From contig NW_024704743.1 of the NCBI RefSeq assembly GCF_018977255.1, positions 19,532,001 to 19,596,000 on the forward strand: 64,000 nt of DNA. Reading direction: 5' to 3'. The translations under genes were made by a program, and so were the position numbers. The DNA is from Callorhinchus milii. Its lineage: Eukaryota. Each line of letters starts with the position of its first letter. Position 1 is the first letter of the stretch. The notes beneath the pieces were generated by a model. The model saw only the letters and a list, made by a program, of their open reading frames with translations. It ran no database searches and was not told where the DNA came from. Shown here piece by piece: positions 1 through 12,290 of this stretch.

Positions 1-387
1 TCTTGAAATTGATCTGTTCAGCAATAGGGAGCCGGTGGAACCTGGCTGGGATTAAGTTGTTGGGGGTGCGGAGACTGGTATGGGTAAGAATATGGGTGGA
101 GGAGTTTTAGGTCAGTTGGACATTGTGAGTGGAATTAGTCAAAGAGGACAGTGAGACGAGTGGTAAATTAAAGGCTTGAATACAGAAGAAAATGAAACAT
201 ATAGGGAGATAAGGGACAGCTTTCTTGTTGGAGAATGAAAACTGTGCTTTCTGTTTATTGAAGTTGAGAGTAAGGAACGGAAAGAAGCTGTGGACATGGG
301 AATGGGAACTGATGCCTGAAGGAGGAATCAGCAGTGCAGGAGAAAAGAAAGAAGGAAAAGAGGACAGGAAAATGATGAGTAGATGAG
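1..387 (-). mobile_element. Highly decayed L2-like LINE fragment (endonuclease region)
   Basis: Purine-rich stretch with faint L2 ORF2-like segments (gaatatgggtggaggagttt). No intact ORF. Confidence 0.3.
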
Positions 388-707
388 AATAATAATAATA
401 ATCCTTGCATTTGATATAGCACTTTTCACGTCGGTAGGACATCCCAAAGCGCTTCACAGAACACACTGTAAAGTGAATTGACTGTATATTTGTGGGCGAA
501 CGCGGCAGCCAATTGAGCACAGCAATGCCCCACAAACAGACGTAGAATGAAAATGACCAATTTATTATTGTTTTTGGTTTTGGAGGGATTATTATTTATT
601 AGGCGTGTGGAGTAAGGAAACTTGCCCAAGGTTTCGTCCTGCCTGGAATTGAACTCAGGTCTCTCACTTGCAAAGCGAGTGTTCTAACCACTGAGCTACA
701 GGACTTC
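388..707 (-). mobile_element. Young tRNA-Ala-headed SINE, short form
   Basis: Minus-strand head AGTCCTGTAGCTCAGTGGTTAGA...GAGTTCAATTCC (A and B boxes), L2-like 3' stem-loop and (ATT)n tail. Near-identical to 26146-26476. Confidence 0.9.
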
Positions 708-1104
708 GCAATAATATTAATCCTTGCATTTCGTATAGCGCCTTTCACATCAGGAGTACATCTCAAAGCGCTTCACATGATACGCAGTAAAGTGCAGTGA
801 CTGTGTGTTTTGTAGGCGAAAAAATAGAAAGCATGGAATAAAGTGTGAGACAGCTACATGAGCTATACAGAAGCTGCTAGGACAAATATATCAGGAGCCT
901 CAAGTATAGACAGCCTGATGGTGTAATGCAAGATGGTCCAACTGGCTCCCAATCCCTCCATTTTATCTGGTCCACAGGTCCACCTGCTCCCTCCAGAACC
1001 CATAAATGTAATGTTTTTGGAAGGGAAACACAAAAATGTTGCTTATGCCCCCACGGATATTTCCCAAATGGGGCTTCTGGGCCCCGACAGCCAAAAGGTG
1101 AGAC

Positions 1105-1190
1105 AGCCCTGGTGTAGTGGATTGGAGCTGCATCTTACAGACCGGTAGCTTGCTGATGTGAATCCCAGTCTACGCTGAATTTGCTGGCAG
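1105..1190 (+). mobile_element. 5' fragment of a third, older tRNA-headed SINE family
   Basis: tggtgtagtgg...gaatcccagtctacgctgaatttgctg matches 13672-13730. Confidence 0.5.
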
Positions 1191-1616
1191 GAACACAAAT
1201 GTATGACCCAGTTTCAGGGCTGTGATATTGAGAACAGAACCTGGGAGGTGCATATCCAGATCATTCATACTCGATACTTAAGAGATCGCTAAGTCAGAGC
1301 TCAATGACTTTCGAAACACATTTGTTTTGTGTGTAAATGGTAGTATTTTGTTCAAGAGAAATCTTTGATTGGTTAACACAAAGAATGAAAATGAATGAAT
1401 AGTATTAGATCTGAAAAAGCACGATGTAACGTGCATCTGCACAACAATACAATTGCAGTACAACTTACATTTACAGCTCCTTACACGTTGGGAAAGCATC
1501 TCAAAGTGCTTGCTGCAAGGTACATGGTACAAGCACAAGGTAGTGTAATAGGAGAAAAATCCTCACACTGTGCTGAACCTGTTATGTAATCGGGTAACGC
1601 CACAATTTTAATGTTG

Positions 1617-2300
1617 ATAAATAATAATAGTATTTCCTGTATTTGATATACTATATCACGTCGACAAAACATCTTAAAGTCTTTCACAGGATTTTCCATA
1701 AAGTGTATATTTCTACGCAAACATAACAGACAATTTACACACAGCAACGTCCCAACAGCCATGAAGTGTATTACCAATTTTTATCTGTGGGACTGATGGC
1801 CAGGATGCTGGGAGAAACACCTACTCTTTTCAAATAGTACCATGGAGTCCTGTAGTTCAGTGGTAAGAGCATTCGTTTTGCAAACGAGAGGACCTGGGTT
1901 CAATTCCTGGCAAGGCCAAATGATGGGGATGGGTCCTTACTCCGCACACATCTATTTACCTAGCAGTAGGTAGGAACCTGGTCGTGTCGATTGGCGGATC
2001 ACTTTCCTTTTTAAAAAAATTGATCACTCAACTGTTTGTGGGACACTGCTGTGCGCGGTTGGCTGCCAGGTTTTGCCTACAAAATATACAGTCAATTAAC
2101 TTTACAGTATATGCTTTGAAGTGTTTTGAGATGCCTCAAAGACGTGATAAGATACTATATCAAATGCAAGCATTATTATATTTTAAAAAAAATTTATTAT
2201 GGGCTCCTTAAAGTCTACCTGAACGGGCAGACGGGTCCTCGATTAATGTCTCATCCGAAGAATGAAAACCTCTTACAGTGCAGTACCACCCAAGTGCTTG
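1617..2300 (-). mobile_element. Old Deu-domain SINE interrupted by a young SINE
   Basis: Tail at 1617-1700. The body stops at atagtaccatgg (about 1845) and resumes near 2198 (atgggctccttaaagtctacctgaac...gtctcatccgaag). Confidence 0.75.
1844..2180 (+). mobile_element. Young tRNA-Ala-headed SINE, long form
   Basis: GGAGTCCTGTAGTTCAGTGG...GGTTCAATTCC head, tttacctagcagtag core and aaatgcaagcattattat tail. Confidence 0.88.
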
Positions 2301-3309
2301 ATAAGCGCAATCATCGCACGTACTGTAATGTGCAAAAAAGAAAATAATGTACTGTCCAGACAAATCAGAGAAGCGTGCTGAACAGCAAATAGTTTCTATA
2401 AATGAAAAAGCTGTAACTGTTTTATCTTAGACACTGTATATCATTGGAGTCAGAAAGCTGCACCATTTAACATGCAGTCACATTCTCATTTTTCATTTAC
2501 GCCTCCTTACTTTTTTTGCATTTTCATTCGCATTAAAGTGTTCGTCAAGGGTTTGTCTTTCAAAGGTGTTTAGCGAGATATAGATATTTTTTAAGTTTCA
2601 ATTATCTGACCACATTAGAAATATCAGCCGCTGCCATTGAAAGCATATTTTTCGCCCAATTAAAGAGCATTTCAGCAATGGCTGGCTACCTTCAATGTAA
2701 AGTACTACACTCCCTTTTATAATCTACTTGAAGTTTTCCTACTCAGTAACAGGAAACTCACTTTAATTGTTTCCGTCTATCCTCTTGTACACGCCAAAGT
2801 CTTGTGTTGCCAGGACACTGCCCAGCTGGTTAGCTGAACGTGCACACGGACTTAAGCGAGCTGTCTCGCCACAGATTGGCGTCTTTAGATATCAATTTGA
2901 AGCCACTAACCACTGTCCCCCCTGACTGGCTGCCAATTGCCATGCTGAAAAAGGCTGCTTCAAATGAAGAGATGAAGTTTATGACATTTCAAAACCCGTT
3001 TGATGTGATAATAATGGCCATTGGAATGAATCAGAAGAGGATACCGACTCAATCAAGTGACTCTCCAATGAAACAGAACTCAGATACTGCCTCCAGGATG
3101 TCAGGCTGAAGAAGGTCAATTGTCTGAAATGACCAAGATGATGCAAACCTTTCCCGAACCGGCTGATCTCAACACGGTGATTAGGTTGGAGGGTTACTGA
3201 GCCTCGCCAGAATTATCAAATCGCAAGACATTTGCAGTGTTTCAGAACTAAACCAGAGTTTTCTGATTGAGACATCAATTACTTTCAGATAAACTGAGCC
3301 AACAGAAGA

Positions 3310-3605
3310 AGAGGTTGCTTAGGGCAATTTCAGGACAGACCCCAGGAAGTATTTCTTTACCCAGAGGGTAAATAGCGACTGGAACAGATTACCGGAAACT
3401 GCAGTTGAGGCCAGGACGCTGGACTCATTTAAACAACATAACAACAAATTACATTTGTATGACGTCTTTCATGTCAGGAGGACGTCCCACTAAACAGCAA
3501 CTTGATGCTGTGATAGGAGGACCTTAGGGTGGTTATTCTGGAAGGAAGAGATCAGATAGGCTAAAATGCCTTCTTCATTCGAACAATATCATCCCGTGAT
3601 CTTGT
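3310..3605 (+). mobile_element. Decayed CR1 LINE 3' fragment with a short L2 tail inserted
   Basis: FRTDPRKYFFTQRV...WNRLP-like coding. An antisense L2 tail at about 3436-3490 is flanked by a taaaca duplication. Confidence 0.7.
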
Positions 3606-4224
3606 GGCAAGTATGGTGGTCCATAATTGATCTGACACCTTAATTATCACATTGAATAATTATCATAATTATCAAGTTGTTATCATTGTTCTTATTCGAA
3701 TGTGTAATGAAACATTATATATTTTAGCATATTTTCTAATCAGTTTTGCCCCTTCGGCTGGAGGCTTTTAACTCCTTTTGCTTCTACTGGATTGATATTT
3801 CACATCTCGTTTCTTCTTGCAATGAACACAGGAAATATAACTCCATTGTCGCACAGAAGCCAGTTACCCTGCAACCCCTTGTTCATGTGGAGGGTGCTAT
3901 ATAAATCCAAGTTGTTGTTGTTAATGATTTACTTGTGAGTCTTGTCGATGAGGATTGGGAAGCTATTTGATCACAATGGGAAGGGGAATATAGACAAGCC
4001 TGGTTTTGTTCTCACCTGTTGTCCACATACCTTCCAGCAAGGGGTCTATTGACATTGAACAGGAGCAGTGATTCTGGCCAATCCAAGGTACTCAGGCTAG
4101 CATTCAAACCAGCAGGCACTCCTGCTTGTATGATCAGTGCTGCACATTTACCCGCGAGCCCAGAAGTTTTTTCCATCCAGTTCAAAATTTGGCCTTCCCC
4201 AGAGTGACCATCTTACATTTAGTT

Positions 4225-4430
4225 TACAGTTTTACATTTATACGACACCTTTAATGCCGGGAGCATGGGGGAGTCAGGCTCATAGGTGCAAGAGAGGATA
4301 TGAGTTGCAGAGTTCTGGATGTTCAGCAGCTTGTGATGAATACGTGATTGAGGCCTTCGGCAGCTCGGAGGGAGAGATAGTGCGGAGGCGGGTGATGATA
4401 AAGAGTTGAGGGAAATCTGAGTGAGTGAGA
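4225..4430 (-). mobile_element. L2 fragment
   Basis: gagttgcagagttctggatg and related segments match the L2 at 24451-25967. Confidence 0.6.
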
Positions 4431-6273
4431 GCCCAGATGTCTGGCTTTGACGCTTCTCCCCAGTTCAAAACATTCTGATGATGTACAGTCAGATGCTTTG
4501 CTGCAGAGTATCCAATCAACATATTTTGAGTACATGATGTTGGTGCATAAGTATGCCAGTCAGTGCGGAACCTCGGTAAAGATGTTTGCACACCAACAAG
4601 TATAAAGATCATTGGCCGGATATTAAAGTGGGGTGTGTGGTAGTGATACCCTTCTGACTGAGAACAGTTCCATTATTCTCGCTGAAACCGGTAGCTGTGC
4701 ATAGTATAGATTTATTTTTAACCCCCCCCCCCCAAACAAAATATACTTTTGGCAAAAGGATGGAGAGGCGTGTGGCTTTGGCAAAGTGCACAGGGAATAT
4801 AGTATTTTAGCCTAGCCTTCCTTGAATATCATACATGTTAATGTGTACTGTTAATGTGCAGTCAGCAGACAGCTTCTACTTCTACTGCTAAGTATCATAG
4901 CAAAAAGCTACAGGCTCTCGGGAGCATCATTCCGTCAAGCCGGCCTGCAACATACGGTCAGTACATGACTCAGGACTTAAATTAGCAGTAGAATACAGTA
5001 CATCTTGAGCTATTTTTTGTACTAGTTTCCACTTGACCTGGGTAACAGGTGTAGGGAGGACTTGTTGGGATGATGCAATCTTGTGCAGGGAGACTCTTCT
5101 GTTTGCCATTGGTGTTCTCAAATATTCTCTGACTCAGACAAAATTTAAAGTGGAACCAATGGACTGAGAGATGCTCTCTTACAACGAATGTCTTCGGCTT
5201 AAGTCATTTCAGTGTAGCATGCTTTACCTCTCAAAAAGGTTGAGCTCTATGTAACGGTGATGCTAAGGGCAATGTTTAGAAACTGCTATATACATTTTGC
5301 TCATTTCATTGCTTGTTAATAACACAGTTAAGAACACCTGTAATTCCTCTCCTCACATGTTTACACATTGTGCATAATACAAATGTGTTTGCACATTGAG
5401 AGATCCAAATACCCTTTCTTTAAACAGGACAGGACTTAGCACATACTTTCCCTAGTAATTTATCCTGACCTTTATCCTGACCTTTCCTCTTTAATTGCTG
5501 CTTTGCACTGTTTGCTAAGAAAAACAGCAACTTCCCTGCTATAATCTAACCTATAACAAATCTTCCAATATCAACCATCGTCAGAGCTTCCACAAAATGC
5601 GAAACAAAATCTTTTCTGGTTTCAACGTTGGATGATTCCGTCAAACTACATTTTTTTTGTACCTTCTGTCACTCTGACATGATTCAGTAAAAGAGATGCT
5701 GCTGACTTGGCCTTCAGTTCTGTGTAGAAAACCGTCAATGTTCACCAATCCCTGGCACAACACCCTCACAAAGGCTTCTATATAACTTAATATATGCAAC
5801 TCGTCTGATTCTGCCATTGAGGAGACCTGTCTTTTTGTCACTGTGAGTAAGCAGTGCTATGCATTCAAATCCTCAGCATTCTTTGATTTTAAATACCTCC
5901 GCTTCCCACATAATCCCCAGCGAGCCTTTCTGAAAGGGCTAATGCACTCGCGGTCTAAGGGGAGGGAGTGTATAATCTGGTTCTGTGTCTCGGACAAGCT
6001 GTTGAAAATGGGCAACCTTACTCTGACTCCCAGAGGAGTTGTGTTCGCTGCGAGAACAGAGGAGAGCCCACAGCTAGGCATTAATTAGTATTACTTTGGT
6101 GACATTTTCCTTAGAAAAGCAGAAGGATAAGTTCTTTGGAAGAAATGGAAGATTGACAACGATCCCTCTGTTGAAGGGTGTTTGTCGTTGGGGCTGGATA
6201 GAGGCGGGTGCAATTGGCATCTGATGCGATCATAAATAAAAATGAACAAGAACAACAAGCCTCACAGTGCAGA

Positions 6274-7085
6274 GAGGGAGGTTGGTGCTTCTGTATAACT
6301 TGAAGTGGTTTTACACATTCCAGGCCAAAGGTAGCATGTTCTACATTCAACTTAAACTGAAGAGTGGATTGTGAGCTGCTATACGCGATTTCTATGAGTT
6401 GAGCGATGTACTTATGCATTAAGTCTGTACGTTGTTATCTTATTACCGTCGGAAAGACATCCCAGAGCACCGGACAGTCAGAGTTTCTTGGACCCGAGCT
6501 GGGAGTTGGGGTCAGGAGGGTTGGAAGGCGGGAGGGTGGCTGAGGCACGGTCGAAGAGGAAGGCGTTTAGCTGGGACTTGAACGGACTCATCCTTCAAGA
6601 ACAATACTCTATCGGTTCTTCTGATAAAGCCAGGGGGGGCCATATAAAAGCCTGAACTTATGTATTCCATTAGCAGGCAATTAAAGGAGGCTTTTTATAT
6701 TATATTGTACTGCGATGTGAGGGGCCTCTTTCTAACAGCAGACTGTTGCAGGTGCATTGACACAGAGGAGAGCTTTAAGTTAATACGTTCCAGTAAGCAG
6801 TTTGAGATGTCTGACAGGGCAACTGCATTCCAGACCGAGTCATGTGTCCGGTCTCTGTGCAACATTAAGCCATTATCTGGTTAATTCTAACTGTCATTTA
6901 AAATCTTATAGTTATAAACGACAAGGAGGGAGGATGGCACTTCTGTAGAATTTGAAGTGATTTTACACATTCCAGGCCAAAGGTAGCATGTTCTACATTC
7001 ACTTAAACTGAAGAGTGGATCGTGAGCTGTTAATACACGATTTATATGAGATGAGCGATTGGACTCATGCATTAAATCTGCACGC
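6274..7085 (+). repeat. Direct duplication of about 160 bp (6274-6432 and 6926-7085)
   Basis: Identical 41-bp core at 6309-6349 and 6961-7001. Confidence 0.9.
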
Positions 7086-7439
7086 TATCCGCACACGAAC
7101 ATCAATTGTATCCAACGGTAAATCATTCAGAATCCTTTGCGTGCACCTAGTGTGGCTTTTTACCGAGTTTATTGCCCCTGTCCAAATACTTTCTCTGCTG
7201 CAATTTAAAATCCACATAGAATTCATTAATATCGTACCTCAGCAATCTTACAGGTACTGGTGCTTCCCAGTGATTGTAGCAGAGCGACAGGAACAAGCAG
7301 CCCGGGGTTACACACCGGCTCCACATCACTCTACCTCTCACTCCATGGCAGGTAGAGGAACATTCTGCAAATTGGCTGTCGTGTTTGCTCACAAAATACA
7401 TGCAGTCACATCACTTTACAGTCTATCCCGTGAAACCAG

Positions 7440-7826
7440 CAAGAGGATCTTGAAGTTGATCCGTTCAGTAATTCGGAGTCCGTTCAGCCTGGCAAGGATT
7501 GGTTTGATGGGGTACAGAGTCTTGTACGGGTGAGTATCCGGGCGGTGGAGTTCTGAATTAATTTAATTTTGTATATGGTAGAGTTGGGGAGATCAGCGAA
7601 GAGGGCATTGGAATAGTCCAGCCAGGAAATGACGAACACGTGGACGAGGGTTTTTGGCTGCTGTGGGTGTGAGTTATGGATTGAAAGACAAATTTTTTAT
7701 TGAGGGATGATTGTCCCCATAAATAATTCGCCAGTCAACTAACAAGTAGGTTCCTACTTACTGCAAGGTAAACAGAAACGTGTGGAGTAAGGAAACTTGC
7801 CTAAGGTTTCGCCCCACCTGGGAATT
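7440..7826 (-). mobile_element. L2 fragment followed by a partial young SINE
   Basis: ggaatagtccagccagga (RLDYSN, antisense), then gtggagtaaggaaacttgcc SINE core. Confidence 0.7.
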
Positions 7827-8609
7827 ATTTACTGCCTTAGTGACCTGTTACATGGCCCACTGTTAGTCTGATAACAGTAAAAGAATTAAACTTTGATTAA
7901 TTCAAACTACCTTTACTTTTCCCAAAACATTCTTACCAACCAGTCAGCGAAACATAAACCATGACTAGAATCTTAAAGAGTAATGTGGTGGAAAGAAACG
8001 AGGCGAATCAACAAACAGAATAATCCACAAGGATGATTTTTTTGCTGTTGTTCGTTCAAAGAAACATGTCTTTTCCCTGAAAATCAGAAAGCAATCTATG
8101 TTTTCCCTGACCTTTCCAAATAAAAACGGACACCTCTCCCTATTGCACACTAAATAATTTATTGTCCAATATGTCGCTGTTGATATGTTATCAAACATCT
8201 TTTATTGCTGAGGAAGGTCACTTGTGGGGATATTTAATGAAAAGAGGAAGTTATTTATGGGAAGATATCTCCTCTGCTTGACCCGCATATGTTACATGTT
8301 AAAATTAAATCTGAAGAAAAAACAGGCTAGTGTTGAGCAGAATTAAAACTTCCTACCTCAGCATTATGTCTTCAAATGAAATTGAAACAACACAAGAACA
8401 GCAACTGCTGGAGTTTACCCCATGTGCTAAAAAGAGTTCATGAACAAGCAGTGTCTTCTGAGCTGATGGTCTCAACTCAATGACTTGTCAATTGTTAGTT
8501 AAGTGTTAATTTAGGACTGATAGAAAGGTTATACTCATAGCCCATAGTGACAGAGCTCATTCGATGGGCAGTATGCCGTACTTCTGTCCCTGTGTTCTTA
8601 CACACTTGC

Positions 8610-8900
8610 GTGTCAGCTTCTCCCTGGTAGGACTCTCGCCTCCGAGTCAGAAGGCTGTGGATTCAAGCCCCAAAATGGGACTTTTCACTCACATAGTCCA
8701 TACTGACCTCCAATGCAGTGCTGAGGTCCCATCTGCCTGTTTGGGTCGATGTTAAAGATTGATTCACTTCATGGCTGTTTGTGGAACATTGCTGTGTTGC
8801 CATGTTCGCCGATAAAATACACAGTCAATCCACTTTACATCCTCTGAAGAGCTTTCAGACGTCCAATATGAAACATGCTATACTAAATGCATGGATTATC
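8610..8900 (+). mobile_element. Old Deu-domain SINE, internally deleted
   Basis: ctctcgcctccgagtcagaaggctgtggattcaagcccc head, followed by the shared 3' body. Confidence 0.7.
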
Positions 8901-8929
8901 TTATAGTAATATTTGATGAGGTAGAGAAA

Positions 8930-9432
8930 GAAAATTAGGTGAAAGTTGAGAAAGAAATTATCAATTAGACATAAGCTTCTTCTTGTATTCTGTACAAAGG
9001 AGGTGTCAGAAACCCTCCCCACAAATACGTGAGCAGAAATCAAGTCTTGGATAGATGTAGACTTTATAGAGGCTTGTGAGTTGCTGAGGGAAAAATAAAT
9101 GTTTGACATGAAAGAGGAAATTGAACTTTATAGAGGAGATCAGCAATAGAAGAAAATATAAGAATTTCAAGTCAGAGAAGATAGTGAGGCCCAGAATGTT
9201 GATGGTTGAGGGAGGATTCGCGGTGGAGCGATTGAAGGACAGAGATGGAAAGTGGCACAAAGAAATTGTATTTTTGAGGAACTGAAAGACCACAAAGGTG
9301 GTCAACGTTCAGTGAGTCAGTCGAGGCACTATGAGAAGACTGAGAGTGGTGTGTGTTGAGTGTGTGATCTGAAGGTGATGAATTGAGAGAGAAGTCATCG
9401 ACAAAAGAGTGGATAGAATTTGGTGAACTCAC
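8930..9432 (-). mobile_element. Highly decayed L2-like ORF2 5' region
   Basis: Purine-rich on the + strand, with weak resemblance to L2 endonuclease and linker coding. Confidence 0.3.
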
Positions 9433-9745
9433 ACCCTATCATTACCTCTCCCATCCTCATATGTGGATGTTTCAAAGTGTTTCTCTACCTCATTAACATG
9501 TGAAAGTAATTGTGCTGAATCTCTGCATGAATCTGTCACAAGGTCATTTTGTTAGTTGTCTAGTTACTGTGGCTCACCGGATAGTGGCTCCTATCCAATC
9601 AGGCATTGCCTCACTGCTCTGTCACTCTGGGTGGGGGGGCTGAAGGTTATAATAAGGAATAGAATGTATTTAGGAATATCACAGTTTTGATCCTTGTAAA
9701 TATAAGGATATTTGCGGAGATAGTTTGAAGGGTAAACATGGATTG

Positions 9746-10097
9746 TAATAATAATAATAATCAGCCTTGCATTTGATATAGCACCTTATCACATCTTCGA
9801 GACGTCTCAAAGCTCTTCACAGAATATACTGTAAAGTGAATTGACTGTATATTTTGTGACAGCAGTGTTCCACAAACAGTCGTGGATTGAGTGACCAATT
9901 TATTATTATTTTTTAAGGAATTATTACCCCCGGAAAAGCGATCCGCCATTTGACTAACAACCATGTTCCTACTTACTGCTAGGTAAACAGAGGTGTGTGG
10001 AGTAAAGAAACTTGCCCAACATTTCGCCCTGCCGGGAATCGAACCCGGGTCTCTCTCGTGCGAGGCGAGTGCTCTAACCACTGAGCTACAGGACTCC
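9746..10097 (-). mobile_element. Young tRNA-Ala-headed SINE, long form, intact Pol III boxes
   Basis: Head GGAGTCCTGTAGCTCAGTGGTTAGAGCACTCGCCTCGCACGAGAGAGACCCGGGTTCGATTCCCGGCAGGGCG; (ATT)n tail. Confidence 0.92.
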
Positions 10098-10289
10098 ACA
10101 CGTACAGGACTTAGACGTAGGATGAACATAAGCAAATTTCAAAGGGAATGGAAATTTAGAAAATGACTAAAAGAGGTTAAAGAGATGAGTGAAAAAAAGG
10201 GACATGTTCAGAGACAGGAGCAGAAACACTTGGAACAAAATGGAATCCATTTGGGTTTGGTCAGAGCAGGAATTTCTTCAATCAGTACA

Positions 10290-10700
10290 GATCTCAGCCT
10301 TGTTCAGTTGGCAGCACTCTCGTCTCTGAGGGAGAAAGTCGTGAGTTCCAGCTAAATGTTGTGACTTTGAGCTCGTAGTCTAGAATAGTTCCTCAAAAAT
10401 TCAGTGCTGGATTGCTGAAGGTGCCATCCTTCAGACAAGACATTAAACCAACAATGGAACGATCCCTGCATTTTCAGGTGGATGTTAAAGATCCCATAGC
10501 ATTACTCAAAAAGAGAAGGGATTCCACCCGGTGTCCTGGTCAATAATTTCTCCAATAAACTTAGTTATTCACGTCATGGTTGTTTGTAGCAAATTGGCTA
10601 CAAATATACAGGAATACACGTTACAGTGAAATCCTGTGGAGAGCTCAGAATCATGGTAATGGTGTGACAATGCGCTAAATTAAATGAAAGGATTAGGAAG
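10290..10700 (+). mobile_element. Old Deu-domain SINE
   Basis: ggtgccatccttcagacaagacattaaacc...gttaaagatcccatagcattactc...ccggtgtcctgg is Deu-like. Confidence 0.75.
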
Positions 10701-11069
10701 TATTTTGAATTTCTCACAAACTTCAGAGCAACAATTGTGCAAAAGGAGAAAGTTGCCTGTAATGCTGACAATCATTCCATTTTAAACATGCTCCAAAGAG
10801 ACCTTTGGCGAGGCTTCTAGTGGTTATGTGAATTTAGTTTGGCATTTAAGCTATCTATTCAGACCTTGAAGACCTAATTTCCTTAACAGACAATTCAACT
10901 CCTGATGTCAGGAACTTCCAATTAGTTAAAGCTACAGATGTGGACCAGTGAACCAGTTGATTTGTACCTGTTGTGCAGCATACAAGGTACAAAAGGTTTT
11001 TCTGGTCCATTAAAGTGATTCTGTCCCCAGCTGTTTAATGGTTCCAGTGGTATAAAATATTGAATGACT

Positions 11070-11327
11070 TGACAGTCCCTCGCATCCTTCGCCTACCATC
11101 GGAGGCCACGCTTTCAGCCACTAATCCCCGAACACTCTCCCTCAATCTTTCCGCTTTGCCCCCTCTCTCCCTGTTTTCAAGTCCCGCCTGAAAACCTTCC
11201 TCTTCCTCCATGCTTACAGCCACCTCCTCCCCCGCCCGCCCCAGCTCGGAGTCAGGCTCTGCCACTGTTAAGCGCTCTGAGAGGCTACCCTGCGTGGAGG
11301 GTGCTGTATAAGTGTAAGCTGTTGTTG
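11070..11327 (+). mobile_element. L2 3' end
   Basis: TIGG.AFS-like coding; tail gtataagtgtaagctgttgttg. Confidence 0.8.
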
Positions 11328-11716
11328 AGTCAAGGTTCTGGGTTCAAACCTCACATCGGGATTTTGACTTTGAACTCACAGTCTAGACTGAACTCCAGTG
11401 CAGCACTGGAGGGAATGCTGGATCGATAGAGGTGCTGTCATTCAGATGAGACGTTTCACCGAGGTCCTGTCTACCTGTTCAGGTGAACATTAAAAGGTCC
11501 CTTAGCAGGATTTGAAAAGGGAAGCGAGTTTCACCTGGTGTGCTGGCCAACAGTCCCACGGATAAAATTGGTCATTCATGTCCTGTGAGAAATTACTGTA
11601 CGCAAATTGTTTGCTGTAAATTGATTGCCACAGTCATTAATTTCTGCAGTAATTTCTGTGAAATGTTTCAAGACGCCTCAACAACATAAGGAGCTACATT
11701 GAAATGCAAGTTATTA
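11328..11716 (+). mobile_element. Old Deu-domain SINE
   Basis: tcagatgagacgtttcaccgaggtcctgtc core and L2-type tail. Confidence 0.78.
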
Positions 11717-12022
11717 TGACTTGTGACTCATCGTTTTATGAAATCTCGTTAGAAATCTCCACGTTTTAGACTCCTGTTGCATTCAACAGCAGAATTTCAA
11801 GTCACTTTTCTCTACTGAAAGAGAATGCTAACTGGCCTGTCTTTTCCAGTAGAGGGAGAGGGGGAAGGGTTCCAGTTTGCAATAGCAGGATGTAAATTGA
11901 ATCCTCATTGGCAATGTAAATTCAGATTTGACAAGAGTCAGTGAATGCTTTCAGAACCAGAAGCTCATAGCACGTTAAAGAGTGCTGCTGTTTGTTTTAA
12001 ATTCTGCACGTTTTCTTCCCAT

Positions 12023-12290
12023 TAACAACAACAAAATTACATTTATAGAGCGCCCTTCACGTCGGGAGGACGTCCCAAGGCGCTGGACAGTCTGCGGTCA
12101 GGACCCGAGCATGGGGGAGGGGTGGTGTAGGGGTGAGGGAAGGCAGAGAGGTGGGAGGGCGACCGAAAGCACGATCAAAGAGGAGGGTCTTGAGACCGGC
12201 CTTGAAGGAGGCAAGGGAGGGAGCGAGGCAAAGGCACTGTGGGATGGAGTTCCAGAATGTGGGGGCAGAGAGGCTGAAAGCTCAGCCACT
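12023..12290 (-). mobile_element. L2 3' end
   Basis: (AAC)n tail plus cacgtcgggaggacgtcccaaggcgct stem-loop. Confidence 0.85.

Noticed and set aside
7015..7533. 172-aa ORF and similar long ORFs (60085-60612, 50383-50823, 107-535)
   Set aside because: They run through repeat fragments or show no recognisable protein features or splice structure, consistent with chance ORFs.
10023..10097. tRNA-Ala gene on the minus strand
   Set aside because: It is cloverleaf-like with A and B boxes, but has an anticodon-stem mismatch and continues directly into a SINE body found in many copies.
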